NCBI GenBank assembly: GCA_027484025.1 | Contig: JAIXTI010000287.1 | Coordinates: 5,137 to 69,136 of the forward strand | Reading direction: 5' to 3' | Length of the DNA stretch: 64,000 nt | DNA from: a bacterium | GTDB taxonomy: Bacteria > Gemmatimonadota > Gemmatimonadetes > Gemmatimonadales > Gemmatimonadaceae | In this document: piece after piece, positions 39,355-49,152 of the stretch | Layout: every line of letters starts with the position of its first letter | How positions within the stretch are numbered: the stretch's first letter is position 1 | Notes under the pieces: generated by a model | The model's input: the letters and a program-made list of their open reading frames with translations, nothing else | Told to the model about the DNA's origin: nothing | The model's database searches: none | Program-made: the position numbers and the translations under genes

Positions 39355-40479
39355 ATGGGACGTATCGCGATCGCCATGCTCGTACGAGATGGCAGCCGCT
39401 ACCTCGGTTTGGTGGTGGCACTCGCCTTTACCGCGCTGGTCATTACCCAGCAGCCAGCCACGCTGCTCGGTGTCATGGCACGCACCACCGCGCTCATTCG
39501 CGACACGGGCGGCGTGGATCTGTGGGTCATGGATCCCAAGGTGCTGTACGTGGAAGAGCCCAAGCCCATGGTAGACGGCATGCTGTATCGCGTACGGGGA
39601 GTGCCCGGTGTCGCGATGGCCGCACCGTTTTATAAGGGGCAGGCTCGGGTGCGGCTCTCCGATGGCTCGTTTCAGAATTGCGAGATCATTGCCGTCGATC
39701 CGGCGTCGTTCATTGGCGCACCATCACGCCTGTCGCCGAGCAGCCTGGCGGCGTTGCGCGAGAGTGATGCCATTCTGGTAGACCGGGCCGGTGCACGCAC
39801 GCTGCAAAACACGACAGTAGGCGCCACCGTAGAACTGAACGACACCCGTGCGCGCGTGGTGGGGTTGTACGATGCGTCGGCGGGCTTTCAGACACTGCCA
39901 CGCCTGTACACCGCGTGGACGCGCATTCGCAACTTCGTACCCGCCGAGCGCAAGATGCTGTCGTATGTGCTGGTGCAACTCGCGCCCGGCTACGACGCGG
40001 AACAGGTCGCGCGCGACATCGAGCAGCGCACTGGCCTGCAGGCCGTCCCCACGCAGCGTTTTGCCGCGATGACACGCGATTGGTTCCTCAAGAACTCCGG
40101 CGTCATGGCCACGTTCTTCGGGTCGAGCCTCATTGCGATGCTCATCGGCATCTTCATTGCCGCGCAGACGTTCCGCAACTTCACCATCGATCACATTCGT
40201 TACTTCGGTGCCATTGCGGCCATGGGCGCGTCGTTTGGCCAACTCGTGCGCATGGTGTTGCTGCAGGCGGGGATGGCGGGCGCCGTTGCGACCGGCATTG
40301 GTGTCGGCGCGGCTTCGCTGATCTCGTATGGCTCCCGCTCGTCCGAAGTGACTTCGAACATTGCGCCGTGGCAGCTCGGACTGTCCGTCGCGGTCATGCT
40401 CTGTGTGGGTGGTGCTGTGGCGCTGCTCTCGGTGCGTAAGCTGCGCGGCCTCGAGCCGGCTGCTGTGTTCCGGGGCTGA
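39355..40479 (+). CDS. ABC exporter permease (FtsX/DevC-like)
   Basis: N-terminal TM, periplasmic domain (DLWVMDP...VRGVPGV), and three C-terminal TMs. Confidence 0.88.
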   Translation: MGRIAIAMLVRDGSRYLGLVVALAFTALVITQQPATLLGVMARTTALIRDTGGVDLWVMDPKVLYVEEPKPMVDGMLYRVRGVPGVAMAAPFYKGQARVRLSDGSFQNCEIIAVDPASFIGAPSRLSPSSLAALRESDAILVDRAGARTLQNTTVGATVELNDTRARVVGLYDASAGFQTLPRLYTAWTRIRNFVPAERKMLSYVLVQLAPGYDAEQVARDIEQRTGLQAVPTQRFAAMTRDWFLKNSGVMATFFGSSLIAMLIGIFIAAQTFRNFTIDHIRYFGAIAAMGASFGQLVRMVLLQAGMAGAVATGIGVGAASLISYGSRSSEVTSNIAPWQLGLSVAVMLCVGGAVALLSVRKLRGLEPAAVFRG

Positions 40480-40482
40480 TCC

Positions 40483-41271
40483 ATGGCCTCGCTCACATCA
40501 CACGCCAACACGACAGCGGCCATGCCACTCGCCGTCGAATGCCGCGGCATTTCGCGCGGCTTCGATAGCGCCACTGGACGTATACCGGTGCTGCAAGGCG
40601 TCGATCTTGCTCTCCCCGCTGGCGAAGTCGCCATGCTGCTGGGTCCATCAGGGTGCGGCAAGACCACACTCATTCAAATCCTGGCGGCCATGCTCGATGC
40701 CGACGCCGGAGACTGCACCGTGTTCGGCACCACCATTACCGCCATCAGTGCCGTTGCACGCACGCAATTTCGTCAGCGCATGATCGGGTTCTGCTTTCAG
40801 CAGTATCAACTCATTCCGACACTCACGGCTGCGGAGAACGCCGCGATTCCGCTGCTCATTGCCGGCGTCCCCATGCCGCGCGCGGTGGAGCGGGCGCGGC
40901 ACGAACTCGATGCGTTGGGGCTCGGCGACCGGACCGGATATCGCCCCAACCAACTCTCCGGCGGACAACAGCAACGCGTTGCCATTGCCCGCGCGGTGGT
41001 ACACGAACCGCGACTGGTGGTGTGCGACGAACCCACCAGCGCGCTCGATCACCGCGCCGGTCAAGCGGTCATGACGCTGCTGCGGGAGCGAATCGTTCGC
41101 CCCGACCGGTGTGTCATCATCGTCACGCACGACAATCGCATTCTCTCGTATGCCGACCGCACCTGCCACATGGAAGACGGTCGCATCACGGCGGTAGAAG
41201 GCACCGACGCTCGGCAACACTCCACGCGCTCGTCTGCGGATTCCGCGGCGACAGCGCTGAACGCTCACTGA
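40483..41271 (+). CDS. ABC exporter ATP-binding protein (DevA/LolD-like)
   Basis: [32 protein letters not shown]. Confidence 0.93.
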   Translation: MASLTSHANTTAAMPLAVECRGISRGFDSATGRIPVLQGVDLALPAGEVAMLLGPSGCGKTTLIQILAAMLDADAGDCTVFGTTITAISAVARTQFRQRMIGFCFQQYQLIPTLTAAENAAIPLLIAGVPMPRAVERARHELDALGLGDRTGYRPNQLSGGQQQRVAIARAVVHEPRLVVCDEPTSALDHRAGQAVMTLLRERIVRPDRCVIIVTHDNRILSYADRTCHMEDGRITAVEGTDARQHSTRSSADSAATALNAH

Positions 41272-41280
41272 AGAACTCCC

Positions 41281-42264
41281 ATGCGTACCAGTATTCTTGC
41301 GCGCGCGCGCACCCTCGGCAGCCGTCACGTGTTGCATGCCCTCGCCATTGGAGGAACGCTCACTGCGTTGCTCGTGTCTTTCTCGTCGGCACCCGCAGCG
41401 CAGCCGGCCGCAGTGCGCTCCTCGCCACCGCCCGCTATCCCGTTTCGCGACTACGTCTCCGGGGCGGCGCTCATCGAGTCCGCAAATAAGGACGTGCTGG
41501 TCGCGGCACCGGCCGCGGGGGTGCTGTCGGCCGTACACGTGCAGGTGGGCGATGACGTGAAGGCTGGCGACCCACTGTTCACACTCGATCAGCGCGCTTC
41601 ACAGGCGGAGGTGGCGACGCGCCACGCCGCACTCGCCGTGGCCCGCGCGGAGTTGACGGAACTGCAGGAGTCCGTCAACAAGGCCACACTCGAAGAGCAA
41701 CGTGTGAGCATGGTCGACGACCCACGCGCCGTGAGCGACGAAGAGCGCACGACCCGCCGGAGCGCGCTCCGTTTGGCGCAGGCGCAGGTCGCCACCGCGT
41801 CCGCGAGAGTAGAGGCGCGCACGGCCGAGCTGGAGGCGGCGCAGGTAGCGCAACGTGAACGCGTGGTGCGGGCGCCCATGAACGGCACCGTGTTGAGCGT
41901 ATCGGCGCGTCCCGGTGAGGCGGTAGGTGGGAGCGGCAGCAGTGCGCCGATACGGCTGGGTCGTGTCGATCGGCTCCACGTGCGGGTGGATATCGACGAG
42001 AACGACGCCTGGCGCATTCGTGCCGGCACGCGTGCGCGCCTCATCATGCGCGGCAATGATCGCCTTACGGCCGACTTGGAGTACGAGTATACCGAGCGTT
42101 ACGTGCGCCCCAAGACGTCACTCACCGGTGCCTCGACGGAGCGTGTCGACACTCGCGTGCTGCAGCTGGTCTACTCGCTGCCTTCGGATCGCTTGCCGCT
42201 GTACGTGGGGCAGCAGGTCGATGTGATCGTGGAGATCGTCAAACCCAAGACGGAGGGGCAATGA
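41281..42264 (+). CDS. HlyD/periplasmic adaptor subunit
   Basis: Lipoyl-like V.VGD.VKAG..LF.LD, coiled coil, RAPMNGTV, ERVDTRVLQ. Confidence 0.9.
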   Translation: MRTSILARARTLGSRHVLHALAIGGTLTALLVSFSSAPAAQPAAVRSSPPPAIPFRDYVSGAALIESANKDVLVAAPAAGVLSAVHVQVGDDVKAGDPLFTLDQRASQAEVATRHAALAVARAELTELQESVNKATLEEQRVSMVDDPRAVSDEERTTRRSALRLAQAQVATASARVEARTAELEAAQVAQRERVVRAPMNGTVLSVSARPGEAVGGSGSSAPIRLGRVDRLHVRVDIDENDAWRIRAGTRARLIMRGNDRLTADLEYEYTERYVRPKTSLTGASTERVDTRVLQLVYSLPSDRLPLYVGQQVDVIVEIVKPKTEGQ

Positions 42265-43610
42265 TCACGCGTCAGCACCGATTGGCCGTGGGGGTGTGCG
42301 CGCTCCTGCTGAGCGCGGCATGCGGCGGCCGTAGCCAGCCGTCTGTGTCACCAGTCCCCGTCGCGACGGCCGCCGACTCCAATGCGGGGTGGTGGCGAGG
42401 GTTTGGCTTGCCGGCGCTCGATACGCTCGTTGATGCCGCGTTGAAGAACAACCCCGATATTCAGCTGTCGATTGCCCGACTGGCCGAAGCGCGCGCCACG
42501 ATGCGCGGCACCAATGCCAATTGGGATCCGAGCGTGTCGCCGACTGCCTCGTATACCAGATCGGAACAGGTGATCGGTAACTTCGGGGCCATCTCTACCA
42601 CCGTGGCGAGCGTGTCCACCACGGCCTCATGGGAGCTGGATCTCTTTGGTCGCTTGCGAAAGGAGCGTGCGGCCGGTGTGGCCGACGGGATTACGGCGGC
42701 GTACGATGCGGCCGACGTGCGACGCACTACCGTGGCGGAGATCGCGCGTGTCTACTTCGATGTCCTCAGTACGTCGCACGAGGTAGCGGTACTCGAAGCG
42801 CAACGCATGGCGCGTCGTACCGCACGGTCGCTCGAGGCGAGTCGCGCACGGGTCGGATTGAACGGCGGCAGTGATTCCCTTCGTGCCGATGGCGACGAAC
42901 GCAACGTGCTCGTGCAGTTGACCACCGTACGCGCCCGTCGCGCCGAGCTGCTGTCAGATCTCGCAGCGCTCACGGGGAGCTCCATCGTGTGGGTCGACTC
43001 GGTCGTCGCACTGACGGCACGTCTGGAAGTACGCGTGCAAGTCCCCGAGAACGGAATCCCGGCCGATTGGTTGCGCTTGCGCCCGGATGTCCGCGCTGCT
43101 GAGTCGCGAGTGGTGGCGGCCGCTGCTCGTGTAGAGGCGGCCAAGCGAGCCTTGCGCCCGAGCCTGTCGTTGGCCGGCAGTACCGGGCGCAACCGGACGA
43201 ACGAAAGCAGCTGGGTGCCCACGTGGTCGTTCGGGCCCTCGCTCGCCATCAACGTGCCCACGCGAGCCGGTCGCGCGCAGGTGAGTGTGCGCGAGGCGCA
43301 ACTCAGTCAACGCGAGATCGAGTGGCGTCAGGCCGTGCGTGACGCGGCATCTGACGTGGAAGTCGCGTTTGCCCGCGTGCGGGAATTCGAAGAGCGCCTC
43401 AAACGTCAGCGCGAATCCGTCTCGGGGTATCAGGCCATGGTGTCGCTGTCACAGTCGCGATTCACCAGCGGATTGGCAGACTACCGAGCGGTCCTCGATG
43501 ATCAGCGCACCCTGCTGGAGGCGGAGCGTACGCACGTGGAGTACTGGACTGCGTACGCCAAAGCGGTAGTGACGCTGATGCAGGCCACGGGAGCGCCGGA
43601 AGTGCGTTGA
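42261..43610 (+). CDS. TolC/NodT family outer-membrane efflux lipoprotein
   Basis: Lipobox LSAAC, WW..F..P.L..LV..AL.NN.D, WELDLFG, LRPDVRAAE. Confidence 0.92.
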   Translation: MITRQHRLAVGVCALLLSAACGGRSQPSVSPVPVATAADSNAGWWRGFGLPALDTLVDAALKNNPDIQLSIARLAEARATMRGTNANWDPSVSPTASYTRSEQVIGNFGAISTTVASVSTTASWELDLFGRLRKERAAGVADGITAAYDAADVRRTTVAEIARVYFDVLSTSHEVAVLEAQRMARRTARSLEASRARVGLNGGSDSLRADGDERNVLVQLTTVRARRAELLSDLAALTGSSIVWVDSVVALTARLEVRVQVPENGIPADWLRLRPDVRAAESRVVAAAARVEAAKRALRPSLSLAGSTGRNRTNESSWVPTWSFGPSLAINVPTRAGRAQVSVREAQLSQREIEWRQAVRDAASDVEVAFARVREFEERLKRQRESVSGYQAMVSLSQSRFTSGLADYRAVLDDQRTLLEAERTHVEYWTAYAKAVVTLMQATGAPEVR

Positions 43611-43673
43611 TGGGGCGAGGTGCTATCGTACAGCGGCAACGCTTGTACGCCGATTCACCACACCTGCCGCCCC

Positions 43674-44237
43674 ATGCCCATCACTGTCGGCGAAACCCTC
43701 AAGGCTCCCACTCGCGCCGTGTGGCGCGAGTGGCTCATCGCGCACCACGCTGACAAACGGGAAGTCTGGCTTATCGCCGATGACCGCCCCGACGTCCCCA
43801 CGGTGGACTACCTCGACGCGGTCGAAGAAGCGCTCTGCTTTGGATGGATTGACAGCATCGCCAAACGCCTCAACCCCACCGAACGGGTACAGCGTTTCTC
43901 CCCTCGTCGCGCCAAGAGCAACTGGACGGAACTGAACAAGGCGCGCGCGCGACGACTCATCGCGCTGGGGCTCATGACCGACGCCGGTCGCGCCACGCTC
44001 CCCGATCTCGATGCGCCGTTCGTGTTGGCCGACGACATACGGCAGGCGCTCGTCGCCGCTGGCGCGTGGGATTTTTTTGCGGCGACACCGCCGCTCTACC
44101 AACGCGTACGCGCCGGCTACGTGGAGGAGCAACGCCGCGTGCCCCTCGAATTCACCAAACGTCTGAACAGCTTGCTGGAGAAGAGTGCGGCCGGCAAGCT
44201 GTTCGGCGGCTGGAACGATGGTGGGCGGTTGGGCTGA
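43674..44237 (+). CDS. YdeI/OmpD-associated family protein
   Basis: R..WR.WL..HH, Y.DAVEEALCFGWID, RFSPRR.KS.W...N. Confidence 0.88.
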   Translation: MPITVGETLKAPTRAVWREWLIAHHADKREVWLIADDRPDVPTVDYLDAVEEALCFGWIDSIAKRLNPTERVQRFSPRRAKSNWTELNKARARRLIALGLMTDAGRATLPDLDAPFVLADDIRQALVAAGAWDFFAATPPLYQRVRAGYVEEQRRVPLEFTKRLNSLLEKSAAGKLFGGWNDGGRLG

Positions 44238-44660
44238 GCACGGAGGGAGCCGGTAAACAGTCTGCACGTGCGACGAGATCCGAGGTGCTGTTGTCGCATA
44301 GATCCACGAATGTTCCCGCTGTCCTATAGGTAAAGGTCGCGATCTTCACGCCGAGGCCACGTCCGACGTACCGATCGTACTTCACGATTGCCGGGCCTCG
44401 ACGGCCTCGTGAGCCTGCGCGGCAGTTTCACTGCGATGAATCGACGTTGAACCGTAGCAGGAGTACCAATGGGATGAGCGCGTACGCGGGCAGAACCGTC
44501 ACTCCCCATACTGCCCAGGGCATGTGGAATGCTCCAACCAGCACGGCGAGATCGAGCATGACGGTCCCTGCGACATCGTGTAGGTCTCCATGAACGTTCC
44601 GATCACGGGCGACCCCTTGTCGGCCGTGACCCCCGAGAGATCGCCGCGTGCCTCCAGCTC

Positions 44661-44716
44661 CGCTTGATCCGCCGTGCGCTCATTTCTGGCGCGATGACCG
44701 CACGGGCGATCAAGCC
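44661..44716. promoter_or_regulatory. Inverted pair of mar/sox/rob-box-like sites
   Basis: GCTTGATCCGCCGTGCG (44662-44678) and CGCACGGGCGATCAAGC (44699-44715) are 15/17 complementary. Confidence 0.55.
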
Positions 44717-44792
44717 GCCGCCCGCAGGCCGTATCATCTTTGTGGACGTTCATCCTTTCGCATACCACTACTGCTCTGAAACGGCGACGGCC

Positions 44793-45629
44793 ATGACCGA
44801 CAGTCCCCCCCGCCACATTCCGTGGGTGGAGCGCATGCTCCGCACGCTCGATCACATCCACACGCATCTCGACGCCGACGTGAACCCGGCGGAGCTCGCG
44901 CGCCTCGCCGGCTTTTCGCCGCACCATTTCCATCGTGTATTCCGCGGCATGGTCGGCGAGTCCGTCATGGGTTACGTGCGGCGCCTCCGTCTCGAACGGG
45001 CCGCGCTGCGCCTCAAGCATGGTGAGGCGTCGGTCTCTGCCGTGGCCATCGATTCCGGCTACGGGTCGCACGAAGCGTTCACCCGTGCGTTTCGTGAGCG
45101 CTTTGGAATAGTGCCCAGCGCATTTCGCGACACGGGCATCGCCAGCGAGCCGCCCATTCGTTTGTTGCGTGAGCCGGAGCGGCAGTTGCTTGCGGCACGC
45201 CACATTGGCGCCTACGAGGGCGTCGGCGCCGCATGGGAAACGCTCATTGGCGTCGCCGGACGCTTGGGCTGGTTGGCCACACCGCCCACCACCATGGGGC
45301 TGGTGTACGACGATCCCGACATCACCGAGGCGGCCCAGTGCCGCTACGAAGCCGCCATTGTCGTGCCCGACGGACAACCAGCCGTCGTCCCGGAATGGGC
45401 GCCGCCCACCATGATCGTGCGTACACTTCCGGCGGGTACCTGGGCCTGCCTGGTGCACGTGGGCGGCTACGACAGTATCCAGTCGACCTACGACGCATTG
45501 CTCGGGCAAGCGCTGCCACGTCGAGGCATCGAGCTCGCCGACGAACCCACCGTAGAAGTCACCCTCGACGATCCGCGCACCACGCCGCCCGATCGGCTGC
45601 GCACGGACATCCGCGTGCGACTCACATGA
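44793..45629 (+). CDS. AraC family regulator with GyrI-like effector domain (Rob-like architecture)
   Basis: LA..AGFSP.HFHRVF, A...G..SHEAFTRAF..., then H.G.Y...G...YDDP..T...CRY. Confidence 0.92.
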   Translation: MTDSPPRHIPWVERMLRTLDHIHTHLDADVNPAELARLAGFSPHHFHRVFRGMVGESVMGYVRRLRLERAALRLKHGEASVSAVAIDSGYGSHEAFTRAFRERFGIVPSAFRDTGIASEPPIRLLREPERQLLAARHIGAYEGVGAAWETLIGVAGRLGWLATPPTTMGLVYDDPDITEAAQCRYEAAIVVPDGQPAVVPEWAPPTMIVRTLPAGTWACLVHVGGYDSIQSTYDALLGQALPRRGIELADEPTVEVTLDDPRTTPPDRLRTDIRVRLT

Positions 45630-46072
45630 CCGCAAAACGCCAACGTGCCTCGCGCACCATCGAGCCGCGCATCGTGGTGCTGACCGAACCGAAAGGAAAC
45701 GCGTATCCCCCGGGTCGCATGCTGATCGCGTCTCCGGACACGATCGCTGCCATCGTGCAGCGCATTCCGCGCGGACAGGTGTTGCGGCTCGGCGATTTGC
45801 GAGCGGCGCTCGCGACCGCGTACGACGCGAACTATACCTGCCCCATGACCACCGGCATTTTTCTGCGCATGCTCGCCGAAGACGTCGACCGCGCCGGAAC
45901 CGGTGACGACATGCCGTGGTGGCGCGTAGTGCGGGACAACGGCGCGCTCCTCGACAAGCTGCCCGGTGGTGCCGCGGGGCAGCAGCAGCGGCTGGAGCGC
46001 GATGGCATCGTGGTACCGACCTCCAAAAGCAAACGGGTGCCGGCGGTGGCCGAGCGGGCGTGGGTGCCGTAG
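45626..46072 (+). CDS. MGMT/ATL-like DNA-binding protein
   Basis: IP.G.V...GDL, PWWRVV motif, QQ.RLE.DG; ATGA overlap with araC. Confidence 0.75.
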   Translation: MTAKRQRASRTIEPRIVVLTEPKGNAYPPGRMLIASPDTIAAIVQRIPRGQVLRLGDLRAALATAYDANYTCPMTTGIFLRMLAEDVDRAGTGDDMPWWRVVRDNGALLDKLPGGAAGQQQRLERDGIVVPTSKSKRVPAVAERAWVP

Positions 46073-46194
46073 CGGCCGGGCACCGCTTGGCTGCTACCCT
46101 TCATCGTACCCCGGGGGGCGCTATAGCCGAATGACGAGGCGCTGCCGATCTTTCTCAGAAAGGCCGGCGAGCGTTCCTCCAATCGGTTTCCTGC

Positions 46195-47472
46195 ATGGCA
46201 CCGCCCGACGATCCGCTGCAGCATGCTCAACAGGAGGCCCTCCTCCTGTTGTCACGGCTCATGCTCTTCCTGTGGACGCCCATCTTCGCGTTCGGGATTG
46301 TCATTCGCTGGAGTGAAACCGATCAACGGGCGCTGCTGGTGCTGGTCATGACGGGTGTACCACTGCTGGGCGGATTGCTGCGCCTGCCCAACTGGAGCGT
46401 CGAGCGGCGCGCGTGGATCGCTATTCTCGTGATCATGGCGCTGTCCATGCCGGCCATCGTGTTGAACGGACCGCGCACGCTCTCGACCATGGCCGTCGCC
46501 CTCGTCGTGACGCTGGCCATGATGTTTCAGCACGTCCGCTCCGCCATCGTGATCCTCGGCGCTTTTCTCGCGGCCGCCATGGTGGGGCTCTGGCTTGCGT
46601 CGCAGGGGGTAATCACGCCAGCACTGCCCGATGATCAACTCCCCATTCGCTACCGCCTCATCACGCTGGGCGTGACCTTCTCCGGGCTTTGGTTCAGCGC
46701 CCGCGTCTTGCAACGCACGGTGCAGATTTATCGCGATGCGCAGGCCGCCGCCGAACAGCGACAGGAAGCGATGCTCGAGGCGCAGCGCGAGGCCGAACTG
46801 CTCCAACGCCGTGAATTGGTGAACACCGTCACGACAGGGCTCACGCACGATCTGGCCAACGTCGTGCAGGTCATGACGTCCACCGCCGAACTGCTGGAAG
46901 AGGAGCCGCTTCGTGAGGAAGCGCAGCAGTCCGTGCAGGATCTCCAACGCGTGGGGAACGATGCGGCGTTGCGCCTGCGCACTATTCTGAGTGTGGGTCG
47001 TCCCCCGTCGGACCGCGAACAGCAGACATCGGTCGATGAACTGTTTGCACGTCTCGACCTGCTGCTGCGCCCCATCCTCGGCCGCCGAGTTCAGCTCACG
47101 CTGCAGGCCGACGCCGCACTCCCATTACTCGCCATCGATCGTGGTCGCCTCGAACAGATTCTGCTCAACCGCGCGCTCAACGCGCGCGACGCGATGCCGG
47201 ACGGCGGGACGCTGCGCATCGCCGCGAAAGCGGCGCCGGGAGGCGCGGCCATCCACGTCGCCGACTCCGGCGTCGGCATTGCCCCGGCGCTTCAAGCACG
47301 CATCTGGGAGCCGTTCTACACCACCAAGACGTCAGAACGCGGCACCGGGCTCGGGCTCGCGATGGTCGCGCGCATTCTCGAAAGCACGGGCGGACGCGTA
47401 CAACTCACGAGTGCGCTCGGCGTAGGCACCACGTTCTCGCTGTGGCTGCCAGCGGTAACCGCGACGCTGTAG
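46195..47472 (+). CDS. Membrane sensor histidine kinase (no receiver domain)
   Basis: About 5 TMs, THDLAN H-box, NARDAM, DSGVGI, FYTTK and GTGLGL. Confidence 0.88.
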   Translation: MAPPDDPLQHAQQEALLLLSRLMLFLWTPIFAFGIVIRWSETDQRALLVLVMTGVPLLGGLLRLPNWSVERRAWIAILVIMALSMPAIVLNGPRTLSTMAVALVVTLAMMFQHVRSAIVILGAFLAAAMVGLWLASQGVITPALPDDQLPIRYRLITLGVTFSGLWFSARVLQRTVQIYRDAQAAAEQRQEAMLEAQREAELLQRRELVNTVTTGLTHDLANVVQVMTSTAELLEEEPLREEAQQSVQDLQRVGNDAALRLRTILSVGRPPSDREQQTSVDELFARLDLLLRPILGRRVQLTLQADAALPLLAIDRGRLEQILLNRALNARDAMPDGGTLRIAAKAAPGGAAIHVADSGVGIAPALQARIWEPFYTTKTSERGTGLGLAMVARILESTGGRVQLTSALGVGTTFSLWLPAVTATL

Positions 47473-47523
47473 CGACACGGTTGCAACGCTGTTCAATCGC
47501 GCCGCGATTTGGGCCGCTACGCA

Positions 47524-47556
47524 CGACAGGGTCCCCAACCACTGGGGACCCTGTCG
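47524..47556. repeat. Perfect 14-bp hairpin between convergent genes (terminator or REP-like)
   Basis: CGACAGGGTCCCCA-accac-TGGGGACCCTGTCG. Confidence 0.65.
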
Positions 47557-47578
47557 CATTTCACGATGCCATCAAGCG

Positions 47579-48526
47579 TCAGCCAATCGGGATCGCCGAA
47601 GCGTTCGCCGCGAGCCAACCGTCGAAGTCCTGCAGCGCCGGGTACAGCTGACGGCTCTTCGCGGCGTCGCGGGCCGCCTGGAACGTCTCACCCTGCAGCT
47701 GCTGGTACTGGAACATGTTGCCCAGATCTTCGGCGCCCGGGAAGCCGAGGCCGCGGTACGTGTCGAAGGGCACGTCAAAGAAGTGCACCGTGCGTCCGAT
47801 GGCGCGTCCAAGCTTGGCGGCCATCTCTTCGCCCGACAACGATTCGCCGGCGGCGCCGATGTACTGACCAACCGTCGAGGTGCCCTGCTTGAAGATACCG
47901 AGCGCGACACCGCCGATATCCTGCGCGGCAATGCCGGGGAGCTTCACGCCGCCCAACGGGAAGGCCAACACCAGGTCGCCATTCTCACCGGCGCGCGGGC
48001 CCATGCCGAAGTGAATCAGGTTGTCCCAGTAGAACGCCGCCGCGAGGAACGTGGTCGGGGCGCCTTCGTTCGTGAACACATGGTCGACCGCACCCTTGGA
48101 ATCGAAGTGCGGCACGTTGTACTTGCCATGCAGCACCGGCAACGTGGAGCCGTCGGCCGGGTACGCGAGACGCGTGTCTTCGAGCGTCGACCACACCACG
48201 TGCTGCACGCCGGCCGCCTTCGTGGCGCGCGCGATGTTGGAGGCCTGCACGCCTTCGCGCTCGGCGTTGAAATGCTCCCAGAAGTTCGTCACCACGAAGG
48301 CGCCGTAGGCACCGGCCAGCGCCGCGCCAAGCGTCTCCGGCTTGTCGGCATCGCCGGCGACGACTTCGATACCGAGCGCCGCCAAGGCCTTGGCCTTGTC
48401 CGACTCCGGGTTACGCGTGACGGCACGCGCGACGAAGCCGCTGGAGGGGTCGGCCGCGATAGCCCGCGCCAAGCCGCCACCCTGTGCACCGGTCGCACCG
48501 AAAACGGCGATGATCTTCTGGGACAT
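47579..48526 (-). CDS. NmrA/HSCARG family NAD(P)-binding protein
   Basis: VFGATGAQGG, RAVTRNP.S.KA, FVVTNFW, PHFDSK. Confidence 0.92.
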   Translation of the reverse strand: MSQKIIAVFGATGAQGGGLARAIAADPSSGFVARAVTRNPESDKAKALAALGIEVVAGDADKPETLGAALAGAYGAFVVTNFWEHFNAEREGVQASNIARATKAAGVQHVVWSTLEDTRLAYPADGSTLPVLHGKYNVPHFDSKGAVDHVFTNEGAPTTFLAAAFYWDNLIHFGMGPRAGENGDLVLAFPLGGVKLPGIAAQDIGGVALGIFKQGTSTVGQYIGAAGESLSGEEMAAKLGRAIGRTVHFFDVPFDTYRGLGFPGAEDLGNMFQYQQLQGETFQAARDAAKSRQLYPALQDFDGWLAANASAIPIG

Positions 48527-48700
48527 CTATGCTCCGAATCAACAAGTTTAGTAATGAGATATAAGCGTCCCACGTAGATACCACTATCAATGATGCGGCG
48601 CAAGCGGCTCGGCTCGGCACGCCGAGCGCTTATTCTGGCGCCGGGAATCCTTGGTCCGTATGCTTTGCCCGGATGGTTACCCCCAGCCGGTACCAAGCGC

Positions 48701-49129
48701 ATGAAACCTGTCAGCGAATTGCTCAAGAAGCATGACGGCACGCTGTGGCACGTGACTCCCGACATGACGGTGTACGCCGCCGTCGAAAAGCTCGCCCGGC
48801 TCGACGCCGGCGCCCTGCTGGTCATGGATGGCGACCGTCTCGCCGGCGTCTTCTCGGAGCGTGATTACACGCGCAAGATCACGCTGGCCGGCCGCAACTC
48901 GAAGGAAACGCTCGTGTCGGAGATCATGACCGCGAACGTCATCACCGTGAACGCCACGACGCGCACGCGCGAGTGCATGTCGCTGATGAGCGCACGCAAA
49001 ATCCGACACCTTCCCGTGGTCGAAGGCGAGCGCGTGCTGGGCATGATCTCCATTCGCGACATCATGGACGACATCATCGCCGACCACGAACACACGATCG
49101 CGTCGCTCGAGAGCTATATCCAGTCGTAG
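48701..49129 (+). CDS. CBS domain protein
   Basis: GALLV...GVFSERDY.RK, IMT, IRHLPVV...GMISIRD. Confidence 0.92.
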   Translation: MKPVSELLKKHDGTLWHVTPDMTVYAAVEKLARLDAGALLVMDGDRLAGVFSERDYTRKITLAGRNSKETLVSEIMTANVITVNATTRTRECMSLMSARKIRHLPVVEGERVLGMISIRDIMDDIIADHEHTIASLESYIQS

Positions 49130-49152
49130 TCGACGAGACGCGTCACGCGCGA

